A DNA stretch of 64,000 bases. Source: Sedimentisphaerales bacterium. Its GTDB lineage: Bacteria > Planctomycetota > Phycisphaerae > Sedimentisphaerales > Anaerobacaceae. The stretch spans positions 864,001 through 928,000 of the forward strand of contig OY970194.1 of the NCBI GenBank assembly GCA_963708075.1, given 5' to 3'. Position numbers and translations under genes: made by a program. The notes under the pieces are model-generated. The model was not told where the DNA came from. It was given only the letters and a program-made list of their open reading frames with translations, and did not search any database. Below are positions 9,741 through 21,498 of this stretch, piece after piece. Each line of letters begins with the position of its first letter. Within the stretch, counting starts at the first letter, position 1.

Positions 9741-12700
9741 TTAGCGGAGTTGTTTCTCGTATTTTGCCCACAGCTTCTTTGCCACTTCGATGCTGTCCCC
9801 CTGGGGTTGCGTCGGATACGTGTCCCCCTGGTCCGACCAGTCGGCCGTCCATTTTCCGCTCTTGGCCTGGAACGCCTTGTCATCGAATGGTTGGCCGCTC
9901 TTGAGCGATTCGACGAAGTCACGCAGGAACAACTCCCAGCGTTTGAGATAGTATCCGTTGAGCATGCCGGACCATTCCTTGCGGGCGTAGTCATCGAGCG
10001 CCGCGGTCTGGCCCCATTGCGTCAGGACGCGTCGGGCGTTCCACTCAAACCGTGCCCGCTCAGCGTCCGTCGTGCCCCAACGCCTGGCGTCTTCGAGCCA
10101 GCTACCGAGCAGGAACTCCCTGCGCGTTGCCAGCAACTCGTCCACGTCGCGGATCAGTTGCAGGAAGGGTACCGATGCATCATTAAATGCCTGAACATTC
10201 TTATCCTTCGCCGCTTTCATCATTGCGGCGTGAAGCACAGCCGCGTGATTCGACAACACCTGCCGTGCCACATTGGCGAGGTCGAAGCGGAATGTGTCCA
10301 CGTTCCCCAAGTCGTCTGCCGCAGCAAGCAAAGCCTGCCATGCGCCAGCTAATCGCACATTGTTATACGGCGCCTGTGCGGCCGCGGTCTGGACTTGCGG
10401 CCCCTGGTCCACGATGGAACGGGTGTAGTGGGCCCCATCGTAGACGACGTCCAGCAAGATCTCCCAGGCGCGTCGGGCGTCCTCATTGTCCCGGCCGTAA
10501 CGGTGCCATGCGTACTCGCTGATCCATTGCTTGAGATCGACCGGTCCATCCCGCCAGGCCATCTCGAACATCAGATCGTATACGACCGGGTTGTACCCAA
10601 GCCCTTCGTTGACAAAGCCCAGGCCGGAGAGTTTGCCGGAGCGAGGCTCGCATCGAAGAGCCGGAAGGTCCTGGCCGATCCTGCTCAGCGCGCCACTGAG
10701 ATGGACGGAGCGGCCGAAGGTCTCGATATTGCACCACAGCCACGGCTTGCCGCAGAAGGCCTCGGTCTTGTCCCAGGCCGGCGTCTGCTCGCACATGAGA
10801 TCGAGTACGACCATGCGGTCGTCGGGCACGGCGCCGAACATGGCCCGAGCCTGGGGCAGCTTCCAGAAACTCGGATTGTGGACGAAGAGCCAGCCCTGCA
10901 GGACCCACACGGCCTGCGGGTCGCTTGCCGTCATGCCGCGGAAGATGGCTCGCGCCAGATCCGCCAGATAATTCGGGTCATTGCTCGGCGGCTGCATCTC
11001 GATGAAGGTATCGGCGGCATACAGATGGTCCGTGCCGAATCGCTTGGCCTGTTCCTCAAGATATATCGCCGCGAGCCTGGCGAACAGCGGGTCGAGCGGA
11101 TCGAGCAGGCATGTCTCCCATTCGATCCAGCGGATGCGGTGGAGCTTTGCCTGAGGATATTGCCCGGCGATTGGCGATGGCACGTGCCCGGTAAAGCCCT
11201 GTAAGACCGGCGTCATACCCAACTCCCGCTGGCGAGCAAGAATCTTTTTGGCCAGTTCCTCGTGCCGATCGATCCAACTCTGTGGCAGGGGACCGCCCCA
11301 GCCATCGAGGCAGCCCATCCACTGAAACGGCAAGTACGGCGGGCCGGCCAGGAATCCAGTGACCTGTTCATCGGTCATCCCCAGCCGCTTGCATACGGCC
11401 TGCCAGACCGCCTCCTGGCCCGTCACCGCCAGCGGCATATTGACGCCGTTCATCGCCATCCAGTCGATCAACTCCTCCCACTGGCTCCAATCCCACCAAG
11501 GCAGGGAGTACCCGAAACAGCAGTAGTTCAGGAAGTAGCGGTATCTCGCCCAGCTTGTCTGCCGCACTTTCGGCTGGATTACCGGCAGCGGGTCGGGCAG
11601 GTCGAGTTGGCGGCCGTACCACGAAGTGTGACAGTGACAGTAGTGCTTGAGGTACCAGTTCAGGCCAGTCGCCATGGCGACGCCGGTATTGCCGCGAATA
11701 ACGATCTTGCCGTCGCGGCTCTCGATCTCAAAAACATCCTGCCCCTGCTCCGCCGGGATCGCCTCAAAGGTGAAGCGGTCTGCGTGCTCGGGCAATAACC
11801 GTGCGAGTAATGAGCGTGCCGCCGATGACGCCTGGCCGTTCGTGTGGCTGGGTCGGCTCATCGGCGCTTTGTCAAAAGGGCGGTAGTTCACCTCCATCGC
11901 CTTGAACCGCTTCGCGTGCTCGGCAAGCCGGGTCAGGAACACGTCGTAGTTCCGGTCCGCCTGAGGCGACCAGAGGATTTCGCTCATCGCCGCGGCCCGG
12001 GGATAGGTCATGTACTGCAGGTGACTGGCGTTGGTGATGAATTCGCCCCAGAGCTGTGCCTGTCCGCCGAGCACGTGCCTGGCCTGCTCAGCATTGAGCA
12101 CGGCGGGAATCGGCTCATACTGATACACCTTGTCGAGGGGGATGAGCCCGCCGATGGCTTTTGGTTCCTTCTCAGGTGGACCCTGGTAGTAGTCGAAGTA
12201 CGTGTGGGAAGTCGGGGCCATGACGACATCGTGTCCGGCCTTGGCCGCGGTGATGCCTCCGTCCTCTCCTCGCCAGCTCATCACCGTCGCCCCCGGCGCC
12301 AGGCCGCCCTGGAGAATCTCGTCCCAGCCGATCAGCCGGCGGCCATGCGAGGCCAGGAACGAATCCATCTGTGCGATGAACCAGCTATGCAGCCCCGCTT
12401 CGTCCTTGACATCCAACTCCCGGATCAGGGCCTGCATCTCCTCGCATTTCTTCCAGTGCTCGATATTGGCCTCATCGCCCCCGATATGAATGTACTTGCT
12501 CGGGAACAGCTCCATCACTTCCGTCAACACGTCCTGCATGAAGGCGACGCTTTGCCTTCGCGGGGCGAGGACTGCCTCGTGGGCCGTCCATCGCTTGTCC
12601 GGCGGAAGAGCGTTCAGCTTCTCCGGGTACAAGCCGAGCTGCGGGTAGGAGACGATCGCTGCCCCCGTGTGGGCGGGCATCTCGATCTCGGGCACGATTG

Positions 12701-13523
12701 TGATATATCGCTTGGCGGCGTAGCGAACCAAGTGCCGGATCTCGTCCTGCGTGTAGAACCCGCCCGGCCGCTCGCCGTCATCTTTCGGTTTGCCCCCGTT
12801 CCATATCGTCGTCAGGTCCATCCACGCGCCCGTCGCGGTCAACTGCGGGTACTTCTTGATCTCGATCCGCCAGCCCTGGTCGTCGGTCAGGTGGATCTGC
12901 AGCCGATTGAACTTGTGCAGGGCCATCACGTCGATGAACTTCTCGACCTCCCGCACGGGGATGAAGTGCCGGGCCGGATCGATCAACAGCCCGCGCCACT
13001 GAAACCGCGGATAATCAGTGATGCGCACGGTCGGCACCGTCCACTCGACTCCTTCAGCCTTCTGCTTGCTCAGATTGGCCGGTGGGAGCAACTGCCGCAA
13101 GGTCTGAGCGCCGTAGAACAATCCTGCCGGCCCGGCGGCTTGGATCGTGATCGATTCAGCCGTCGCGACAAGCCCATATCCCTCTTCCCCGAGCCGATCT
13201 GCCATGTTCGCTTCGATTTTTAACCGTATGGTGTTCTTGACAGCGGACGAATCCTGGACGACGTTCAAGCGAAATCCCATAGCCGGCGCCAAGGCGTCTA
13301 CGAGCTTGGCTGCCTCGGCCGCCGCGTTACCCTCAGCAACCACCCGCGTCGATGGCGTAATAGAGAACGTCCCTTCACCGTACTCGATGAAAACGGGCAG
13401 GGGAATGATGCTGACTGTCTCACGGGCGCCACTCGCCACGCATGTGAGAGCCAGAGACAGGTAAAGAGTCGTGATCGCACTAGTCATTATTCTGCGTGCA
13501 TGTCGATTCATGGTCGTCTCCAT
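9741..13523 (-). CDS. Fused GH20 beta-N-acetylhexosaminidase + GH89 alpha-N-acetylglucosaminidase
   Basis: N-half: DYPRF.WRG..ID.ARHF, HLTDDQGWR, HIGGDE. C-half: RYFLNYCCFGYS, DTFIEM, WVLQGW, DYARKEWSG. One signal peptide and no internal stop. Confidence 0.9.
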   Translation of the reverse strand: METTMNRHARRIMTSAITTLYLSLALTCVASGARETVSIIPLPVFIEYGEGTFSITPSTRVVAEGNAAAEAAKLVDALAPAMGFRLNVVQDSSAVKNTIRLKIEANMADRLGEEGYGLVATAESITIQAAGPAGLFYGAQTLRQLLPPANLSKQKAEGVEWTVPTVRITDYPRFQWRGLLIDPARHFIPVREVEKFIDVMALHKFNRLQIHLTDDQGWRIEIKKYPQLTATGAWMDLTTIWNGGKPKDDGERPGGFYTQDEIRHLVRYAAKRYITIVPEIEMPAHTGAAIVSYPQLGLYPEKLNALPPDKRWTAHEAVLAPRRQSVAFMQDVLTEVMELFPSKYIHIGGDEANIEHWKKCEEMQALIRELDVKDEAGLHSWFIAQMDSFLASHGRRLIGWDEILQGGLAPGATVMSWRGEDGGITAAKAGHDVVMAPTSHTYFDYYQGPPEKEPKAIGGLIPLDKVYQYEPIPAVLNAEQARHVLGGQAQLWGEFITNASHLQYMTYPRAAAMSEILWSPQADRNYDVFLTRLAEHAKRFKAMEVNYRPFDKAPMSRPSHTNGQASSAARSLLARLLPEHADRFTFEAIPAEQGQDVFEIESRDGKIVIRGNTGVAMATGLNWYLKHYCHCHTSWYGRQLDLPDPLPVIQPKVRQTSWARYRYFLNYCCFGYSLPWWDWSQWEELIDWMAMNGVNMPLAVTGQEAVWQAVCKRLGMTDEQVTGFLAGPPYLPFQWMGCLDGWGGPLPQSWIDRHEELAKKILARQRELGMTPVLQGFTGHVPSPIAGQYPQAKLHRIRWIEWETCLLDPLDPLFARLAAIYLEEQAKRFGTDHLYAADTFIEMQPPSNDPNYLADLARAIFRGMTASDPQAVWVLQGWLFVHNPSFWKLPQARAMFGAVPDDRMVVLDLMCEQTPAWDKTEAFCGKPWLWCNIETFGRSVHLSGALSRIGQDLPALRCEPRSGKLSGLGFVNEGLGYNPVVYDLMFEMAWRDGPVDLKQWISEYAWHRYGRDNEDARRAWEILLDVVYDGAHYTRSIVDQGPQVQTAAAQAPYNNVRLAGAWQALLAAADDLGNVDTFRFDLANVARQVLSNHAAVLHAAMMKAAKDKNVQAFNDASVPFLQLIRDVDELLATRREFLLGSWLEDARRWGTTDAERARFEWNARRVLTQWGQTAALDDYARKEWSGMLNGYYLKRWELFLRDFVESLKSGQPFDDKAFQAKSGKWTADWSDQGDTYPTQPQGDSIEVAKKLWAKYEKQLR

Positions 13524-13551
13524 TTCCTTGCAAGCCGGTCACGCGCCGGCG

Positions 13552-16500
13552 TCATTCGAAAATAACCCCTAGTTCCGCCACCGAGGTGAAGGACTGGCCA
13601 CTGACCTCGCTCAACGCGACAAGCTTGATGAACCTTGCGTCGTGCGGTTCGTCGAAGCGGACGGTCTTGCGTTCAGCGTCGTTGGGCCATGCGCCCTCCG
13701 CGACCGGCTCACCCCAGTTCTCGCTGTCGGGACTAGCGTAGATCTCGTAGCGCGCGATACGGCCATTGGTCATGTCCTGTCTGGGAAGATAGGTCAGACC
13801 CGATATGCGGACGGATTTCTTCACGTCGAGGATCAGATGGTGGGGCGGCTGCGCCATCGGCTCCCAGTTCGTGTGCCAGATGGTGGAAGGATTGTCATCG
13901 ATCGCCAACTCCGGGGCGTGGTTTGGGTGATGATTGTCCGCCGTGACGGTTGCACCGAGCTTCTGCAAGGCGCTGGGTTGCCTCCAGAGTTCCGCCAGTT
14001 GTTCAGTCGTCATGCTGCACTTGGGGTCGAACCGCGTGCCGGCCATGTACGTCAGCAGGCTGTGACGCATCTGCCGGGCCACGAGGCGGTTGTCGAGGTC
14101 GCTGACCAGGTCGCAACTGCATGCCAGGAGCTTGCCCTTGCCGACGCGGGCTTCGAACACGAGAGCCAGCTTTCTGGCGGTGACCCAGTCGTCCACAACC
14201 TGCACGACAGGCTGAAGGTCACGATGATCCGTGAGAATGAATGGGGCCGTGTCGTGCATCAACTCCCACCACTGCCAGTTGGAGTGGTACTCGGTGGGGA
14301 ACTGTGCGAGGGCCGGATGCTTCGGGTCACACAGGATGCCCAGCGTGTGCGGCGGCTGCCAATTCGTCCAGACCGTGTTCCAGAAGATGCTCGAAAAGCC
14401 CATCGTGATCGGATGTTTCTCATCGTTCCGGATCGTCGCAGGCAGAGGAAGCAGCAGGACCTTCCCGCCCTCAGCGAGACGCTTGGCCGCCTCGTCGTTC
14501 ATCTCACGTGTGACCAGGATGTCTTTGGTTGGTTCTGTCGGTACGTCCCTGGGGAAAACCCAGAGGTCCCAATCGTTGACTGCGTCCGTGCCGGGGATGC
14601 TGACCTCAAGGTTCAGCTTCTGGCGCGCTTGACGTCGTCCAGCTCGATATTCACTTCGGCCAGCGTACTGAGCGTCCCGGCCTTGATCGTCTGCCGGGCC
14701 AGGCGGCCCTTATCCATGACAGCGGCGGCGGAATCGCGGAGCGTCCACTGCGGCTGGGTGTCCTTCAGGTCCCTGGGACCGAAGTGCGCCAGGTCGATGC
14801 GGGCGTGCAACTCTTCGCCGGCCTTGAAGATGCGCCGCTCCAGCCGGGCTAGTGGGACAATCGGCCCGGAGAATCGGTGGTACTGCTCGGCGGTGACATA
14901 TCCTTTCGCACCCCAGAAGGGGTCCAGCACGCCGACCAGCGCGGTGCCCTGGCCGGGGAAATCGTGCAGGTCGAGCAATTGGAATCCGCCGAAACCGGGA
15001 GTGCGAAGGGCCGACTCGATGTCCTCCTTGTACAACAGAGTCTGCAACTTGCCCGAGGCCATGAGGAAATCGCGGGCCTGGGGCAGCATGCCGTTGCGTT
15101 CGAGCTGCTCGCGGAAGATCTCGAAGCTCTTCGCCTTGAGCAGGCCGGTGTATTTCTTCATCTCGTCGAAGTTCGGGTACACGCACCATTGGCCGATCTC
15201 ATGGCTGATCACTGGGGCCTTGTGCTGCTGGACGAAGTCGCTGTAGTCGGTCATCGTCTCCGGCGGCTTTGCGTTGACCCGGCTGCCCACGCCCTGACCC
15301 CACTGCTGAATCCGCGGTGCCGGTGTGCTGTAATAGTCGCTTTGTGGAAGTATCGGCCAGCCGGCGGCAGTGGTGTACAGCCGTCGCGGGTCGTGATTCT
15401 TCCAGTAGGTCACGAAGTCGCCCAGAAACTGATTCTGGTTCTTCCCGCCGGGCTCGTTGCCGTAGGCCATGAACGTGAAAGACGGGTGATTGCCATAGGC
15501 TTTGATCATGGCTTCGCTCTCTTTGTAGAGCCACTTGTCAAAGGGGCCGCCGTCACCGACCGTTGCCCAGGCGGAGCACTCGACATGATAGTAGAATCCC
15601 AGCTCATCGGCTGCATCGAACGCTGCCTCGGGCGGGCACCAGGAGTGGAAGCGGATATGGTTCAATCCGTGCGCCTTGCAGATGCGGATGATCCGCCGCC
15701 ACGAGTCCACATCGGTAGGGGGGTGTCCTGTCAGGGGGAAAATGCAGCATTCGAGAGTCCCCCGGATGAACGTCGGCTTGCCGTTGATGGTGATTCGCGT
15801 ACCCTGGGTGCCCATTTCCCGCATGCCGAAGCGAGTGGTTGTGCGATCCTGGTACCGCCGGCCCGAGACACCGGCCTGCAATTCCACCGCCATCTCGTAC
15901 GTCACCGGATTGAACTCATCCCACAGCTTGCAGTCCTTGCCCATGGCGTACGTGCATTTCGCCTGACCGCCTTCTTGTCCCCACGAGACAGGGACCGACA
16001 TCTTCTTCCCCGCTCCCGGGACACGAATGGTCAGTGTCGCGTTACCGGCCTGGCCTGTGAGATTGCCGATGGTTGCCCTCACGCCGACGGTCTTATCCTT
16101 GATATTAGGGTACAGACGCACATCCTCAATCCAGACCGGGTCAGTCGCGAGTAGCTCGATCCGCCCGGCGATTCCGTTCCAGTTGCCCTGCGTGTGATCC
16201 GAGACGCTGTGGGCGTCGCGGCCGACATCCACGATCATGCGATTGTCCACGCGGATGGCCACGCGATGCTTGCCGGGAGTGACATTCGTGCCCAGGTCAT
16301 AAGAGTGGGCGGTACCGAGGCTATCCTGCGAGCCGATCTGTTGTCCATCGATCCAGACGGTGGTCTTCCAGTGCGGCCGCTCCAGGAACAGCACGATGCG
16401 TTTACCTTGCCAGTTTTGCGGGACTTCAATCTGTCGTTGATACCAGGCGGCGCCGACGTAGTGCCGGTCCGGCTGGAGCCAGAACGGCATCTTGAAATTG

Positions 16501-16787
16501 TCCGGCGTCTGATACTGCTTGTAGTAAGGGTCCCTCTGCCAGATGGGATTGATGTGGCCCGTCCACTGGGTCTGCATCGACGGCGGATCGCCGTATCCCT
16601 GGGCCGTCAGCACGCCGGGCAGCGCGATCCGGTCGGGAAGGTCACGCTCGAACCATTTGCCCGCCTCGCCCTGGTCCTGGCGGTCCAACTGGAAGGACCA
16701 TGTGCCCGCCAGATCGACCTGATCCGCGCGGGCGGTTAACGGGAGGAGTGAAAACGCCAGCAGAAACAGTCTCATCGTGCTCTCCAT
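13552..16787 (-). pseudogene. GH2-family glycosidase with C-terminal F5/8C (CBM32) domain, one apparent frameshift at ~14622
   Basis: FLERPHW, HIRFHSWCPP, GNE and HEIGQW motifs in ORF 14613-16862. Restoring one C in ...cgc gcc (c)ag aag... gives KLNLEVSIPGTDAVNDWDLWVFP and joins ORF 13552-14502 (AIDDNPSTIWHT...LPRQD, F5/8C). Possibly a sequencing error. Confidence 0.8.
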
Positions 16788-16823
16788 GCAGGACTCCTTC
16801 ACAAGTCTTGAGCTTTCCCGGCG

Positions 16824-16890
16824 AGTATACTGTAGAAGCCCGACCGCCTCAATACTGCGCATTGAAATCCCCGCACCTCGGCGGTATACA
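16824..16890. promoter_or_regulatory. Back-to-back divergent sigma70-type promoters
   Basis: Minus strand TTGAGG-N17-TATACT (16852-16824) toward GH2; plus strand TTGAAA-N17-TATACA (16862-16890) toward the aldolase. Confidence 0.55.
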
Positions 16891-16959
16891 GGGCGTACCT
16901 TATCCTCTGGGCATCGCGGTTACACGTGCCCACAGGGGACACGGGCAGAAAGGGCGATT

Positions 16960-18252
16960 ATGCGATACGAGTATCTCCATCCGCGGGACGAGCTTGTGCT
17001 CACGATGCAGCGGATCTATCGGTACAAGATGACCACCACCTCGGGCGGCAACCTGTCGATCCTGGACGAGAACGGCGACGTCTGGATCACGCCGACCGGG
17101 GTCGATAAGGGGACGCTGACGCCCAACGACATCATGTGCGTGCGTGCCAACGGAAAGATCGAGGGCCTGCACCGGCCCTCCTCGGAGTATCCCTTCCACA
17201 AGGCCATCTACGCAGCTCGCCGCGACATCAAAGCCGTTGTGCACGCCCATCCCATGGCCCTGGTGGCCTTCAGTATCGCGCACAAGGTGCCGGACACCCG
17301 GCTGTTCCACCAGGCCTGGCGGTCCAACGGCAGCGTCGGTTTCGCACCCTATGGCGTGCCGGGCAGCGCGGACCTCGGCAACAAAATCGCCCAGAAATAC
17401 GCGGAGGGATTCGATAGCGTCATTTTGGAAAACCACGGTGTCTGCTGCGGCGGCAGGACCCTCCAGGAAGCCTTCCAGCGATTCGAGACGCTCGAAATGT
17501 GCTGCAAGGTCCTCATCAAGGCCAACGCCATCGGCGAGCCCAAGTACCTCACGGATCAGCAGCTTCAGCTCCAGGGCAAGAGCGACATCCTCATTGATGC
17601 ATTCGAGTACGATCCCACGATGATGACCATTCGCGAGAAGGAACTTCGCAACCAACTCTGCCGGTTCATCGAGCGGGGCTATCGCCAGGGCCTGCTGACG
17701 ACGACCACCGGCTCGTTCTCCGCACGGATCGATAGCGAGAAATTCCTCATCACGCCGTACCCGCTGGATCGACATTCCGTCTTAGCCGAGGACTTGGTGA
17801 TGATCCGCAAAGGCAGGAAGGAGTTCGGCAAACACCCCAGCCGGGCGGTCTTCGCCCACAAGGCGGTCTATGATGCTCAGCCCGATGTGATGGCCGTCGT
17901 CAACGCCTCACCGATCAATGCGATGGCCTTCAGCGTCTGCCACCGGGCCATTGACACCTACACGATTCCCGAGAGCTACATTTTCGTCCGCAAGGTGGGC
18001 TTGCTGCCCTTTGAAACGGCCTTCAACGATCACGCCACCCTCGCGCGGATGCTGACACTGTGCAGTCCGGCAGCCGTGCTGTGCAATAACGGCGTCATGG
18101 TCGTCGGCGACAGCGTACTCTCGGCGTTCGACAAGCTCGAAGTCCTGGAGCACTCCGCGGAAGCCGTGCTCGATTCCCAGCCCATCGGCGGTCATGTCGC
18201 CATGTCCCAGAAGATCATCGACGACCTGAGCGAAGCCTTCCACCTCCAGTGA
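16960..18252 (+). CDS. Class II aldolase/adducin family protein with two tandem domains
   Basis: TTSGGNLS, ITPTG, PSSE, HAH and ENHG in domain 1; a second homologous domain follows. Confidence 0.9.
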   Translation: MRYEYLHPRDELVLTMQRIYRYKMTTTSGGNLSILDENGDVWITPTGVDKGTLTPNDIMCVRANGKIEGLHRPSSEYPFHKAIYAARRDIKAVVHAHPMALVAFSIAHKVPDTRLFHQAWRSNGSVGFAPYGVPGSADLGNKIAQKYAEGFDSVILENHGVCCGGRTLQEAFQRFETLEMCCKVLIKANAIGEPKYLTDQQLQLQGKSDILIDAFEYDPTMMTIREKELRNQLCRFIERGYRQGLLTTTTGSFSARIDSEKFLITPYPLDRHSVLAEDLVMIRKGRKEFGKHPSRAVFAHKAVYDAQPDVMAVVNASPINAMAFSVCHRAIDTYTIPESYIFVRKVGLLPFETAFNDHATLARMLTLCSPAAVLCNNGVMVVGDSVLSAFDKLEVLEHSAEAVLDSQPIGGHVAMSQKIIDDLSEAFHLQ

Positions 18253-18280
18253 AGTGACCAGCGGATGCGGGGCTCTCGCC

Positions 18281-18362
18281 AAGGACCTGGCCGCCGAATG
18301 GGAGGTTCCTCTTGCTCGCAGCCCAGATCCTTCACTCCGCTACGCTTCGTTCAGGATGACAA
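18281..18362. repeat. REP-like palindromic element of the TGTCATCCTGA...GAAGGATCT type between convergent genes
   Basis: Minus strand TTGTCATCCTGAACGAAGCGTAGCGGAGTGAAGGATCTGG; partial partner aaggacctgg at 18281. Confidence 0.55.
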
Positions 18363-18390
18363 GCCGCGCTGGAGCCAGTCATGACTCCGT

Positions 18391-21300
18391 TCAGGCGTTG
18401 GTTTGCATGCGTCGACGGGCCCGCCATGCGGCCGGTTTCGTTCGGAGGGCTTCCATGTACAGGTAGAAGACCGGCGTCACGTAGAGGGTCAGGGTCTGAG
18501 AGAACAGCAGGCCTCCCACGACGGCCAGCCCGAGGGGCTGGCGGGATTCGGCGCTGCGCCAAGACCCAGTGCGATGGGCAGGCTACCCATCAGCGCCGCC
18601 ATCGTGGTCATCATGATGGGCCGGAACCGGATGAGGCTGGCCTCCAGAATCGCATCGTGCGGATTCTTGCCCTCGGTCCGTTGCGCCTCGATGGCGAAGT
18701 CCACCATCATAATGCCGTTCTTCTTCACCAGGCCGACGAGCATGACGATGCCGACGAAGGCGTAGATGGAAAGCTCGACGCCGAAGATCATCAGGGTGAC
18801 CAGCGCGCCAAAACCTGCGAAGGGCAACGCCGAGAGAATGGTGATCGGATGAATGAAGCTCTCGTACAGGATGCCCAGCACGAGGTAGATGACGAGGATC
18901 GCCAGAGCGAGGAGCCAGCCGAGCCCTTTCAGGGACGACTGGAAGGCCTGGGCCGTGCCCTGGAAATTCGTGGTGATCGAGGCCGGGAGAGTCGTGGCGG
19001 CCAATTCGTTGACCGTATCGACCGCCTCGCCCAGAGAGACCTCGGACGTGAGGTTGAAGGAGACCGTCACAGAGGGCAACTGGCCCTGGTGGTTGATGGT
19101 CAGCGGCCCGACGCTCGTGCCGACCTCGGCGACCGCATTGAGCGGGACAAGCTGTCCGGTCCTGGCGCGGACGTACAGCATGCTGAGGGCGGAGGGGTCC
19201 AGTTGATACTGATCCTGCAGCTCCAGAATCACGTAGTACTGGTCGTTTGGCGCCAGGATCAGCGAGAACCTGCCGGGAGCCGTAAGCGTTGTACAGGGCA
19301 TCCTCGATCTGGGCGGCGGTGATGCCGGTTGCGGAGGCCTTATCCCGGTCGATCCGGACGTCCACTTGCGGATTCTTCATTCTCAGATCGCTCGTGACAT
19401 CCTGGAAGCCGGGTAGATCGCGGATTTTCTGTTCCATCACCGTGGCATATTGATACAGCTCCTCCGTGCTGGGACTTTGCATCGTGAACTGGTACTGGCT
19501 CCTGGAGACTCGGCCGCCAATGGAGATGGTGGGCGGGTTCAGCAGAAAGACCCGGATGCCGGGAACCGAATTCAGGCCCGGCCTCCATTGCTGGATCAGA
19601 TCGTCGACGCTGTGCTGGCGCTGCGACTTGGGCTTCAGGCGGATCATCAGGTAACCGTTGTTGCCTCCGGAACTGCCGCGAGAACCGGCGCTCGACATGA
19701 ACGAGGCCACTTCGGGTTTCTCGCAGAGCACGGCGGCGACGGCCTGCTGATGCTCGAACATGGATTTGTACGAAATCCCTTCGACCGCCTCCGTCGAGCC
19801 CGAGATCTGCTCGCGGTCCTCGCTGGGCAGGAAGCCCTTGGGGATGTGGAGGAACAGCCAGACGGTGGCCGCCAGGGTGGCTACGGAGAAGACCATCGCC
19901 CCGAGCCTGTGTGCGAGCACCCAGCGCAGTGTCCGCTCGTAGAACCGCAACGTGATCTGGTAGATCCTCTCGGAGAACGCGTAGGCCCGGCCGTGATGGA
20001 CTTCACTGGGGGGACGCAGGAACCGGCTGGCTAACATGGGCGTCAGCGTCAGAGCGATGAAGCCGGACACGAGCACGGCCACGCCGATCGTGACGGCGAA
20101 CTCCCGGAACAGCCGGCCGATCAGACCGCCCATGAAGAGGACCGGGATGAACACGGCGGCCAGTGAGAGCGTCATGCTCACGATCGTGAAGCCGACCTCC
20201 TGGGCGCCATCGATCGCCGCTTTGAAGGGGGCTTTGCCCTTTTCCATGTGCCGCACGATGTTCTCGAGCATGACGATGGCGTCGTCCACAACAAAGCCGA
20301 CCGACAACGTCAGGGCCATCAGCGAAAGGTTGTCGAGGCTGTACCCGCACAGGTACATAACGACGAAGGTCCCGACGATCGCCATAGGCAAGGCTAAGCT
20401 CGGGATCACCGTAGCCGATACATTGCGGAGGAACAGGAAGATGACGAGCACGACCAGAAACAAGGTCAGCAGCAGGGTGTACTCGACGTCCGTAACCGAC
20501 TCTTTGATGGAGAGCGACCGGTCAAACAGGATGTGGATCGTGACGGACGCCGGCAGTTGGTCGCGGAAGGTGGGAAGGAGCTTTTTGACAGCCTCGGCCA
20601 CCTCGACGGTATTGGTGCCGGGCTGACGCTGGACCGCGAGGATCATGGATCGTTGCTGGCCCGTGCCATCAAAGAACCACGCAGCCGATTTGTCGTTTTC
20701 CACGCTATCAATGACTTCGGCCACATCGCCGAGCCGTACGGGCGAGCCGTTGCGGTAGGCCACGATCAGCGGCCGGTAGGCATCGGCCGTGTTGAGCTGC
20801 CCCGACGCCAGAACGGTGAACGCGCGATGCGGGCCGTAGAGAATCCCCGTCGGCATGTTCACATTGCCGGTCCCGATGGCCTCCGTCACTTCATCGATGC
20901 TGATCCCTTTGCTCGACAGCGCCATGGGGTCGAGTTTCACTCTCACGGCATACTTCTGTGAGCCGAAGACCTGCACCTGGGCCACGCCAAGAACAGTGGA
21001 GATCCGCTGAGCCAACAGGGTCTCGGCGTACTCGTTCAGCTCGTATAAGGGAAGCGTCGGACTGGTCAGGGCCAGGTAGAGAATCGGCTGGTCGGCCGGG
21101 TTGACTTTCTGGTACGTGGGCGGACTGGGCATGTCCCGCGGCAGGCGACGCACGGCCCGCGAGATGGCCGCCTGCACGTCCTGCGCGGCCCCGTCGATGT
21201 CCCGCGTCAGGTTGAACTGGAGAGTGATCGAGGTGCCGCCGAGCGAGCTGGACGACAGCATGGAGTCGATCCCGGCGATGGTGGAGAACTGCCGCTCCAG

Positions 21301-21498
21301 GGGCGTCGCCACGGCCGCCGCCATCGTTTCGGGGCTGGCCCCGGGCAGTGACGCCGACACCGAGATCGTGGGGAAGTCCACGTTCGGCAGGTCGCTCATC
21401 GGGAGCTGGCGAAACGCCGAGATGCCGAACAGCAGGATCGCCAGCATGACGAGTGTCGTCATCACCGGCCGGTTGATGAACAGGGCGGAGAAACTCAT
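18391..21498 (-). pseudogene. RND efflux permease (MdtB/MdtC-like), two apparent frameshifts (~19268, ~18554)
   Basis: FINRPV, LPNVDFPTI, GFVVDDAIVMLENI and GLVKKNGI..RFRPIMMTT motifs. Removing one T at ~19268 and adding one G at ~18554 restores QVSLILAP and [18 protein letters not shown]...NA*. Confidence 0.85.

Noticed and set aside
13552..14502. Stand-alone F5/8C protein; also a stand-alone 270-aa RND fragment at 18489-19301
   Set aside because: Both are downstream parts of frameshifted larger genes.
14600..14640. Programmed ribosomal frameshift in GH2 (and at the other indel sites)
   Set aside because: No slippery heptamer or obvious stimulatory structure; many similar indels point to error or mutation.
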